NCBI GenBank assembly: GCA_021767705.1
Contig: JAASSU010000003.1
Span: 1 to 55,470, forward strand
Direction: 5' to 3'
Source of the DNA: Bacteroidota bacterium
GTDB taxonomy: Bacteria > Bacteroidota > Bacteroidia > Bacteroidales > JAIPAH01
DNA: 55,470 nt
The notes beneath the pieces were generated by a model. It saw nothing but the letters and a program-made list of their open reading frames with translations, did no database searches and was not told the DNA's origin. The number at the start of each line of letters is the position of its first letter. Position 1 is the first letter of the stretch. Positions 1-7,459 of this stretch are shown here, piece after piece. Both the position numbers and the translations under genes were made by a program.

Positions 1-3
1 AGC

Positions 4-204
4 GTGGATGAAAAAAAAGTGAAAATGCTTTTTGCATCTCAGCTTTTTGCCAAGGGAATCTTAAGCTCGGGGCAAGCTGCTGAAATGGCTGGTGTAACTA
101 AACGTGAATTTATAGAAAACGTTGGTAATTATGGAGTGTCTGTTTTTGGTGAAAATGTTGAGGAACTAAAAAATGTACTCAATGAACCCGATAATAATAG
201 CTGA
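4..204 (+). CDS. UPF0175-family small HTH protein (putative antitoxin), probably 5'-truncated by the window edge
   Basis: 'LFAKGILSSGQAAEMAGVTKREF' matches the UPF0175 pattern; overlaps a downstream PIN/DUF3368 gene. Confidence 0.8.
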   Translation: MDEKKVKMLFASQLFAKGILSSGQAAEMAGVTKREFIENVGNYGVSVFGENVEELKNVLNEPDNNS

Positions 205-628
205 TACAAGTTGCTTAATTATCCTAACAAATATCGGCCGCCTCAAAATCCTAAAACACCTTTTCGGCAGAATTATAATTACTAAGGAAGTTGCTGATGA
301 ATATGGAGAGGCGCTACCTGATTGGATTTCCGTAAAAAACCCTGAAAACCAAGCTAAGGTATCTGAACTAATTATGCGCCTGGACAAAGGAGAAGCAACA
401 TCAATTACTTTAGCCATTGAACTGCAAAACTCGAGATTAATCATCGATGAAACAAAAGGAAGGAAAGTTGCTAAGTCCGAAAGCATCAAAATTATCGGAA
501 CCATCGGGGTTTTGATTATGGCTAAAAAATACGGTTTTGTTGATGACATCAATAAAGTTATCCAAGATTTGATTGCAAATGGCTTCAGAATATCTGAATC
601 TCTGATTGAAGAAATGAAGCATTATTAA
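182..628 (+). CDS. DUF3368-containing PIN-domain protein (putative toxin partner)
   Basis: 'IIADTSCLI', 'V..E', 'LDKGE', 'IIDE..GR', 'GTIGVL..AK..G' are typical PIN/DUF3368 motifs; ATG at 182 preferred over 173. Confidence 0.85.
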   Translation: MNPIIIADTSCLIILTNIGRLKILKHLFGRIIITKEVADEYGEALPDWISVKNPENQAKVSELIMRLDKGEATSITLAIELQNSRLIIDETKGRKVAKSESIKIIGTIGVLIMAKKYGFVDDINKVIQDLIANGFRISESLIEEMKHY

Positions 629-690
629 GATACTCAACCCCTTATCAGAATTACTTCCTGATTTAAATCTAACTTGTCGCACGGTTATCA

Positions 691-852
691 CCCGATCCCT
701 ATCGGGCCGGCACACTTCAGATTGAACCGCTGCGCGGTTTAACAGCACCAACTATCTAGCCTTATGTAAGAGAACACCTTCACATTATTGAAATACTAAT
801 AAAATAATCCCGAAAGGGATATAATTATAATAGCCCTGAACGAAATGCAGGG
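691..852. repeat. Cluster of short REP-like palindromes
   Basis: Hairpins CCCGAT-ccct-ATCGGG (691-706), AACCGC-tgc-GCGGTT (725-739), ATCCC-gaaa-GGGAT (807-820), CCCTG...CAGGG (834-852) in non-coding DNA. Confidence 0.55.
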
Positions 853-959
853 AAGCAGAATATTGAGTTTGTTCTTATGCCACATCACACAAAATCAGGA
901 GTGCAGCTTTATTCACCCTCTTTCCTGCAACCATCATTTGCCCATTCCACAGAAGTTTA

Positions 960-967
960 TATTTTTG
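960..967 (+). promoter_or_regulatory. Bacteroidota housekeeping promoter -7 element (TAnnTTTG) for abgT
   Basis: TATTTTTG 21 nt upstream of ATG 989. Confidence 0.55.
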
Positions 968-988
968 ACCGCCACTAAAAACAGTATT

Positions 989-2497
989 ATGAAGAAAAAT
1001 CCGGTTGATATCTTTTTAAACGGGGTGGAACGGGTGGGCAACGCGCTTCCTCACCCAGCTACTCTTTTTGGAATCTTTGCTTTAATTGTATTGGTTTTCT
1101 CGGCGATTTTTTCCGCTTTCGGTTTATCGGCGGTGCATCCGGGAACGGGAGAAACATATGAGGTGGTAAACCTGCTCTCGCGTGATGGCATCCATATGAT
1201 CCTGGAAAATATGGTGACCAATTTCACCGACTTTGCTCCGCTGGGCATTGTAATCGTGGCCATGCTGGGTATCGGGCTGGCCGAGCACAGCGGGCTGATT
1301 GCTGTGATTATCCGAAGTCTTGTGCTCTACTCTCCCGAAAGGCTCCTGACTTTCATTATCGTGCTGGCTGGCATCCTTTCTAACCTGGCTTCCAGTGTAG
1401 GCTATGTGCTTTTAGTGCCTTTGGCAGGAACCATTTTTATGGCCATCGGCAGGCATCCTATCGCAGGGATGGCTGCAGCATTTGCCGGCGTTTCCGGAGG
1501 GTATTCTGCCAACCTGGTGTTGGGGACCATTGACCCTTTACTGGCCGGACTGTCGCAGGAAGCGGCCCGCCTGGTGGAACCCGGGTATACCGTTAACCCC
1601 ACAGCCAACTACTTCTTTATGGTGGCTTCCACTTTCCTGATCGCAGGATTAGGCACATGGATTACAGAAAAAATTATCGTCCCGCGACTTGGCAAATATG
1701 ATAAGGACGACCGCGAAGATGAAGAGATTGAAAGGCTCACACCGCTCGAAAAGAAGGGTATCCGCAGAGCCGGCCTGGTCTTTCTTGGGTTTATGGCACT
1801 GCTTTTAGCAGGCCTCCTCCCCGAAAATGGCATCCTGCGTGGCGAGGGCGGCGACTTCCTGAAGTCGCCCGTACTTAGCGGTGTAGTAGCCATCCTTTTC
1901 CTGGTGGCCGGACTGATGGGTCTGACTTATGGTATTGTTATCGGGAAATACAAGAACGACAGCGATGCCATGAAAGGAATGGCAGAGTCGATGAAATCGC
2001 TTGCCAGCTACTTGGTGCTGGTGTTCTTCGCCGCACAGTTTGTGGAATATTTTAGCTGGAGCAACCTGGGCATTATCCTGGCCATCAACGGTGCTGAGCT
2101 AATCAAAAGCCTCAACCTCGGGCTTATTCCACTCGCCATCCTTTTCGTGATTTTTGCCGGAATGATTAACCTGGTGATGGGCAGTGCCTCGGCCAAATGG
2201 GCGCTGCTGGCTCCCATCTTCATCCCGATGTTTATGTTCCTCGGATATACACCAGAGCTCACGCAGGTGGTCTATCGTATCGGCGACAGCGTCACAAACA
2301 TCATCTCCCCGATGATGAGTTTCTTTGCCTTAATCATCGTTTACTTTCAAAAGTATGATGAAAAGGCCGGAATTGGAACGCTGGTGGCTACCATGCTCCC
2401 CTACTCCATCGCCTTCTTCATTGGCTGGATTATCCTGTTGGTCATATGGCTGCTCACTGGGCTGCCACTAGGTCCGGGAGCAGGTGTGCACTTGTAA
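989..2497 (+). CDS. abgT: AbgT-family transporter (p-aminobenzoyl-glutamate/MtrF-YdaH family)
   Basis: 'ERVGNALPHP', 'NFTDFAPLG', 'GRHPIAG', 'GSASAKW', 'YRIGDSVTNIISP', 'GLPLGPG'; likely start ATG 989 rather than 845. Confidence 0.93.
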   Translation: MKKNPVDIFLNGVERVGNALPHPATLFGIFALIVLVFSAIFSAFGLSAVHPGTGETYEVVNLLSRDGIHMILENMVTNFTDFAPLGIVIVAMLGIGLAEHSGLIAVIIRSLVLYSPERLLTFIIVLAGILSNLASSVGYVLLVPLAGTIFMAIGRHPIAGMAAAFAGVSGGYSANLVLGTIDPLLAGLSQEAARLVEPGYTVNPTANYFFMVASTFLIAGLGTWITEKIIVPRLGKYDKDDREDEEIERLTPLEKKGIRRAGLVFLGFMALLLAGLLPENGILRGEGGDFLKSPVLSGVVAILFLVAGLMGLTYGIVIGKYKNDSDAMKGMAESMKSLASYLVLVFFAAQFVEYFSWSNLGIILAINGAELIKSLNLGLIPLAILFVIFAGMINLVMGSASAKWALLAPIFIPMFMFLGYTPELTQVVYRIGDSVTNIISPMMSFFALIIVYFQKYDEKAGIGTLVATMLPYSIAFFIGWIILLVIWLLTGLPLGPGAGVHL

Positions 2498-2516
2498 TCA
2501 GAAAAAAGATAGAACG

Positions 2517-2550
2517 AAAAAAGCAGCGCCGGAATGGTGCTGCTTTTTTT
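2517..2550. terminator. Bidirectional intrinsic terminator between abgT and the MNT gene
   Basis: AAAAAAGCAGCGCC-ggaat-GGTGCTGCTTTTTTT, with A-tract and T-tract flanks. Confidence 0.85.
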
Positions 2551-2581
2551 ATGCTATTGTAAATGCTGGGTTCATGCTATT

Positions 2582-2896
2582 TTATGCTGCCCATTCAATG
2601 CCTGTTCTCTTTATCTCCATGATAAATGGGCTGTCAGAGTTGAAATCATCAACAGACAATGGATGAGGCTCAATCCTGGAGTCTATCTTTGCAGCCATCA
2701 TCATTAACTGAACTTGCAAATCAAAGCGTCTTGATTCAATAAGATTTTTAAAAATCAAGGCAATATCAATATCGCTATCATTTGTCGAGCTCCCTTTTGC
2801 ATAAGAACCAAACAAATAAACACTTTCAACATCGTGATATTTTGTCTTTATTAAATCAAGAAATTCATTTACTGATCTATCAATGCTTTTATCCAT
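2582..2896 (-). CDS. Minimal nucleotidyltransferase (MNT) domain protein
   Basis: 'YLFGSYAKG...DSDIDIA' GS-x10-DxD motif; 104 aa; overlaps the HEPN gene. Confidence 0.9.
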   Translation of the reverse strand: MDKSIDRSVNEFLDLIKTKYHDVESVYLFGSYAKGSSTNDSDIDIALIFKNLIESRRFDLQVQLMMMAAKIDSRIEPHPLSVDDFNSDSPFIMEIKRTGIEWAA

Positions 2897-3276
2897 TCTC
2901 TGATTTCTTTTAAATTTTTAATCCAAACAGCGGTGAACTCGTTTGTGCACTGCTTCTTAAAGCTCATTTTATAATCATCATAGCGGGCATTAATATTAAA
3001 AGCAGTTATAGTAACAAGTTGTTCGATTCGCTCCTCCGACAACTTTAGCTCTGCTTTCTCTGCAAGCCTTAACAGATTATGAATATAAGGAGGATAATTT
3101 GATTTTGATTTCACATAATAAGCTTTTAATAATTTTTCAATCATTAAATGCCCTATAAACAAAGCCCAACTGTTTCGTTTGGATTTAAACATGGTAATCA
3201 TGGCTTCAAAATCATCATCTGACCCATCAATCCAATATTTAATCAGTTTGTCTTTGTTTAAACTATTATTCTCCAT
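2869..3276 (-). CDS. HEPN-domain protein (TM0613/PF05168-type) paired with MNT
   Basis: 'F..HL.IEK.LKA', 'PP..HNL..LA', 'NINARY' motifs; AT-rich; overlaps MNT. Confidence 0.88.
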   Translation of the reverse strand: MENNSLNKDKLIKYWIDGSDDDFEAMITMFKSKRNSWALFIGHLMIEKLLKAYYVKSKSNYPPYIHNLLRLAEKAELKLSEERIEQLVTITAFNINARYDDYKMSFKKQCTNEFTAVWIKNLKEIREWIKALIDQ

Positions 3277-3281
3277 CAAAT

Positions 3282-3289
3282 CAAAGGTA
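3282..3289 (-). promoter_or_regulatory. TAnnTTTG -7 element immediately upstream of the HEPN start
   Basis: Reverse complement reads TACCTTTG, 5 nt before ATG 3276. Confidence 0.55.
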
Positions 3290-3394
3290 TAAAATAAATC
3301 AAATCAGATTAGAAGATTTTCTTATAACCGTTGTTAAAAATTTCTGGTTTAAAAATGTCAGCATATTTTGTACCTTTATTTCCAAACAACATCT

Positions 3395-4207
3395 ATGACC
3401 AAACTCAAAAACAAAAAGGTATTAATCACCGGGGGAGGCTCAGGGATTGGTTTGCTGATGGCAGAATACGCTCTTGAGAAAGGTGCTGATGAAGTTATCC
3501 TTTGGGATATCAGTGAGGAAAACCTGGCCAATGCGCTTCGTTCTTTATCGGGAAAAGGAAAGGCAAGCGGACAAGTGGTGGATGTCAGCAATGTCAAATC
3601 CGTGAAAGATCAAGCGCAATCGCTTATTGAGGAACACAGTGCCCCCGATATCCTCATCAATAACGCAGGAATTGTCGTCGGGAAGGCCTTTATCGAGCAT
3701 AGTCATGAAGATATTGAGCGAACCATGAGCATCAACACCAATGCCTTGATGCACGTGACCAAGGCCTTTCTGCCTCCGATGAAAGACAAGGGCGGGCACA
3801 TTGTCAATATCGCCTCTGCCGCCGGATTTGTTTCCAACCCCGACATGTCGGTGTATGCCGCCAGCAAGTGGGCTGTGGTGGGCTGGTCGGAGAGTCTTCG
3901 CCTGGAGCTTGAGCGCGATTTCAAGAATATGCACGTTACTACAGTTGCGCCATACTACATCGACACAGGGATGTTTGCCGGGGTCACAACCAACCTATTC
4001 CTGCCAATGCTGAATCCCGATAAGGTGGCAAAAAAAATTATCAGGGGCATCGAGCGCAATCGTGTTTTTGTGAAAATGCCGCTTATGGTGCGCCTCACGC
4101 CCTTCCTGAAAGGAATCTTGCCTGTGAGGTGGTTTGATTTTATCGCCGGAAAAATCTTCGGAGTCCACAAAACAATGTCAACATTTAAAGGGAGGACCAA
4201 ATCATGA
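3395..4207 (+). CDS. Short-chain dehydrogenase/reductase (17-beta-HSD XI / retinol dehydrogenase-like)
   Basis: TGGGSGIG, NNAG and YAASK catalytic motifs; 'PYYIDTGMFAG' typical of this subgroup. Confidence 0.9.
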   Translation: MTKLKNKKVLITGGGSGIGLLMAEYALEKGADEVILWDISEENLANALRSLSGKGKASGQVVDVSNVKSVKDQAQSLIEEHSAPDILINNAGIVVGKAFIEHSHEDIERTMSINTNALMHVTKAFLPPMKDKGGHIVNIASAAGFVSNPDMSVYAASKWAVVGWSESLRLELERDFKNMHVTTVAPYYIDTGMFAGVTTNLFLPMLNPDKVAKKIIRGIERNRVFVKMPLMVRLTPFLKGILPVRWFDFIAGKIFGVHKTMSTFKGRTKS

Positions 4208-5577
4208 AAGACATCGAGAGTCTGTTTAAGCATCAAAGAAGCTTTTACCATAACAACCACACCCGCGATGTGCCTTACCGCAAGAGCCTTTTAAGACAAT
4301 TCAGGGAGGTATTGAAAAGGCACGAAAATGATATGTTCGAAGCCATCCATAAAGATTTTGGCAAGTCGGCCTACGAAACCTACGAAACCGAAATTGCCCT
4401 TCTCTATCACGAAATCAAACTCTCTTTAAAGAACCTGAAGCATTGGGCGAAGGCAGAGCTAGTGCCTACAAACCTCCCCAACCTTCCGGGGAAGAGCTAC
4501 ATCCTAACCGAGCCTTACGGAACTTCTTTGATCATCGGCGCCTGGAACTATCCTTTTCTGCTATCGCTTCATCCGGCAGTATCGGCCCTGGCGGCAGGGA
4601 ACACGGTGGTGGTAAAGCCCAGCGAGCTGGCCCCGGCCACTTCTGCACTGATGCGGGAGATGATCAATAATAACTTTGATCCGGAAGTTTTTCACTGTGT
4701 GGAAGGAGGCGTGGAAGAAACCACCGAGCTGCTGAATCAGCCTTTCGATAAGATTTTCTTTACAGGAAGTCCAAGGGTGGGGAAAATTGTAATGCACGCT
4801 GCCTCCGAACACCTGAGCAGCGTTACGCTGGAACTGGGCGGGAAGAGTCCGGCCATTGTTTTTCCCGACGCCAACCTGAAAATGGCTGCCAAACGTATTG
4901 CCTGGGGCAAGTTCCTCAATGCCGGACAAACCTGCATCGCCCCCGATTACCTGATGATCCACGAAAGTGTAAAGGAGGCTTTTCTGCTGATGCTGAAAAA
5001 AGAAACAGAACGCAATCTTGGCGAGGAACCGGAAAGCTCAGAAGCCTACACAAAAATTATTAATGATGCTCATTTCGAAAGACTGACCAAGCTTATCGAT
5101 CATGAAAAAGTACTTTTTGGCGGCAACACTAATCCGGACAACAGGTACATTGAGCCCACTGTCTTAGACAATGTAAGCTTTGAGGATGCGGTGATGCAGG
5201 AAGAAATTTTCGGACCAATATTGCCGGTTATCACTTTCAGCGAAACGGAGCAAATGATTGCCGAAGTGAAAAAGCTCCCCAAGCCACTGGCTCTGTATGT
5301 GTTTACCAAAAGCAAGAAGCTGCGTGAAAAGGTACTTTTCGAAGTCCCGTTTGGAGGAGGAGCGGTGAACGACACGATCATGCATCTGTCGAACCCCAAC
5401 CTTCCGTTTGGTGGGGTCAATAACAGCGGACTGGGAAGCTACCACGGAAAAGCCGGCTTCGATACCTTTAGCCACAAGAAAAGCATCCTGCAAAAGAGCA
5501 CCCTGTTCGAGCCACCAGTAAAATATCCTCCTTACAAACCCTGGAAATGGAAGGCGCTCAGGTGGTTGATGGAGTGA
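4204..5577 (+). CDS. NAD(P)-dependent aldehyde dehydrogenase (ALDH3/YwdH-like)
   Basis: 'WNYP', 'KPSE', 'FTGS', 'LELGGKSP', 'NAGQTCIAPDY', 'EEIFGP', 'PFGG'; ATGA overlap with the SDR gene. Confidence 0.95.
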   Translation: MKDIESLFKHQRSFYHNNHTRDVPYRKSLLRQFREVLKRHENDMFEAIHKDFGKSAYETYETEIALLYHEIKLSLKNLKHWAKAELVPTNLPNLPGKSYILTEPYGTSLIIGAWNYPFLLSLHPAVSALAAGNTVVVKPSELAPATSALMREMINNNFDPEVFHCVEGGVEETTELLNQPFDKIFFTGSPRVGKIVMHAASEHLSSVTLELGGKSPAIVFPDANLKMAAKRIAWGKFLNAGQTCIAPDYLMIHESVKEAFLLMLKKETERNLGEEPESSEAYTKIINDAHFERLTKLIDHEKVLFGGNTNPDNRYIEPTVLDNVSFEDAVMQEEIFGPILPVITFSETEQMIAEVKKLPKPLALYVFTKSKKLREKVLFEVPFGGGAVNDTIMHLSNPNLPFGGVNNSGLGSYHGKAGFDTFSHKKSILQKSTLFEPPVKYPPYKPWKWKALRWLME

Positions 5578-5624
5578 GGTTTTAGGTTGGTAAGTTACTA
5601 AGTTTAATAGGTTTAGTAGGTTTT
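5577..5624. repeat. Degenerate 8-9-bp tandem repeat arm (AAGTTACT/AAGTTTAAT/AGGTTTAGT)
   Basis: Six units read directly; shares 17-bp and 14-bp exact reverse-complement matches with 54896-54912 and 54931-54944. Confidence 0.7.
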
Positions 5625-5637
5625 ATGCCGGAATGGT

Positions 5638-5871
5638 TTAAAGCAGATTTTCCACAAGGATATCCTCATCCAGATCTTCCCAATGGATGCCTTCACCATT
5701 ACCAATAAAACGCCAACTGTTTTTCTGTTCCTCCGTTGCTTCCCTCAATATTGGAAACCAATCAATAGGAACACTTAATTCACGACCATCCTCGAGTAAC
5801 AAAAACATCTTAGTCGTGTCAAACCATATTTTTACTGCTATCGTTGATTTATTAATCCGTAAAGTACTCAT
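5638..5871 (-). CDS. DUF2442-domain protein (antitoxin-like partner of DUF4160)
   Basis: 'LEDGRELSVPIDWFP.L..AT.EQ...W..IG.GEGIHWEDLDEDI.V..LL'. Confidence 0.88.
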   Translation of the reverse strand: MSTLRINKSTIAVKIWFDTTKMFLLLEDGRELSVPIDWFPILREATEEQKNSWRFIGNGEGIHWEDLDEDILVENLL

Positions 5872-5899
5872 CCCACCTCCTTAGAACAACATCTAAATT
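5852..5899 (-). pseudogene. Putative C-terminal remnant of a DUF4160-type gene
   Basis: Reads NLDVVLRRWDEYFTD* directly after the MFS stop and overlaps the DUF2442 ATG, resembling DUF4160 'W.EYF' C-termini. Confidence 0.45.
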
Positions 5900-7276
5900 C
5901 TAATCCTGTTTGTTTGGTTGCTCCAGGCCATATCCTGAAACCTTGTCTTCACGCTTCAGCAGGAAGGCGAAGACGAGTCCGAGGACACCGGTAGAAGAAA
6001 GCAACAGCATCGGGTTAGTATAATCGTAACTTACATCGAGACCTTGCACAATTTTTTCGGCCACTCCCGGGTTAGAGATTTCAAGGGTATATCCAATGAG
6101 CATCGGGAACGCCCAAAGCCCTAAGTTTTGTACAGAGAACATCGCCCCGTAGGCAGTGCCGATCTTATTTTCTCCAACAATCTTTGTCACTGCAGGCCAC
6201 ATGGCTGCCGGAACCAAAGAGAAGGCCATTCCCAGAATGAAAATCGGGATAAATGGTGGAATCGTGGTGAGGGCAAACATCAGGTGCGCGATAATCAGAA
6301 ATGCCGAACCGAGGTACATTAGGGTTGCACTTTTCCCTTTATTGTCGGCCACCCAGCCAAAGATTGGGGTCAGTATAATCGTACCAAACATCAGAATAGA
6401 TGATACTTTTCCTGCAATCACTCGGCTCATATCAAACTTGTTCATAAGCAAGTCAGGGGCAAATTTTACGAAAGGAAAAACTGCCGCGTAAAAGGTCACA
6501 CAAAGCAAAGTGATATAAACAAACGAGCGATTGGTGACCAGGTCTTTCAAGTCGCTCCACTTAAACTCGTCCTCGGCATCCTTGGGTATGCTCTCTTTAA
6601 TCTGTTTATCGATTTTGATATCCATAATAATATACACAATGAAGAACAGAAGACCAATCCATAATAACATTACCCCAAACCAGATAGCATCCGTCCATAA
6701 CGGGCGTGCAAGCATCGGAGATAAGTAAAGTGCAAGGGCAGTACCCAAACGGCCAATAGCCACATTCAATCCAAGTGCCAGTGCCAGCTCTTTTCCTTTA
6801 AACCATTTTACCACCACTTTTGACAGCACCACAATCGAGGTCTCAGCTCCAAGGCCGAATACAAAGAATCCGAGGTACATCATCTTAAGGGCTGGTGAAT
6901 ACTGCGTAAGGAATGACCCCATAAAAGCATATCCAAAGCCTCCATCCTGAAAAGCATCTGAAGCACCGTAAGCTGTAATGGCTGCTCCTACTCCCATAAA
7001 AAGAATAAAAATTGTTCCGGTGATTCTAATCCCTATTTTATCGAGGATAATCCCACCCAAAACAGCCATCAGTAAAAAAACATTCGGTACTGAATAGGCC
7101 GACATAAACACCCCATAATCGGATGAAGAGAATCCGAGGTTGGTCTGCATCAGGTCTTTCAATGGCGAAAGGGCATCATAAAAATAATAGTTCATAAACA
7201 TCACCGCGCTCGAAACGAACAGCACAAACCAGCGTGCTGCAGGTGAGTCTTTCAATGTTCTCTTAATTTGCTCCAT
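5900..7276 (-). CDS. MFS transporter (MFSD1-like Bacteroidota family)
   Basis: About 12 hydrophobic segments; 'GGIILDKIGIR', 'GLGAE', 'WFKGKELALA', 'GW..D..G' motifs; start ATG 7276. Confidence 0.88.
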   Translation of the reverse strand: MEQIKRTLKDSPAARWFVLFVSSAVMFMNYYFYDALSPLKDLMQTNLGFSSSDYGVFMSAYSVPNVFLLMAVLGGIILDKIGIRITGTIFILFMGVGAAITAYGASDAFQDGGFGYAFMGSFLTQYSPALKMMYLGFFVFGLGAETSIVVLSKVVVKWFKGKELALALGLNVAIGRLGTALALYLSPMLARPLWTDAIWFGVMLLWIGLLFFIVYIIMDIKIDKQIKESIPKDAEDEFKWSDLKDLVTNRSFVYITLLCVTFYAAVFPFVKFAPDLLMNKFDMSRVIAGKVSSILMFGTIILTPIFGWVADNKGKSATLMYLGSAFLIIAHLMFALTTIPPFIPIFILGMAFSLVPAAMWPAVTKIVGENKIGTAYGAMFSVQNLGLWAFPMLIGYTLEISNPGVAEKIVQGLDVSYDYTNPMLLLSSTGVLGLVFAFLLKREDKVSGYGLEQPNKQD

Positions 7277-7365
7277 AATTTGTCTTTTAAGATTTTCTTT
7301 TTGCACATCGTGTTTTTATGCGCGTTTTATTGCAGGTTTAGCCTGTGTCGTTTTTTGAATAACGC

Positions 7366-7373
7366 CAAATGTA
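7366..7373 (-). promoter_or_regulatory. TAnnTTTG -7 element for the MFS gene
   Basis: Reverse complement TACATTTG. Confidence 0.5.
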
Positions 7374-7459
7374 CGATGTTTTGGGAAATAGTAAAAAATT
7401 GTTCTTAATTTTACTTTTTGAAAATTCTGATCATTATTGATATCAGCAAAAAATATTTT

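Noticed and set aside
845-988. N-terminal extension of abgT given by the ORF track (similarly for the SDR, MFS, protease, PASTA and arsC genes)
   Set aside because: Downstream ATGs fit family N-termini, A-rich leaders and TAnnTTTG promoter positions better
4370-4389. Tandem CCTACGAAA duplication in the ALDH gene
   Set aside because: In-frame YETYET coding; two copies only; not a contingency locus
5852-5902. Programmed amber read-through (pyrrolysine or recoding) of the MFS gene
   Set aside because: No pyl genes or other in-frame TAG evidence in the window; the in-frame tail is more simply a DUF4160 remnant
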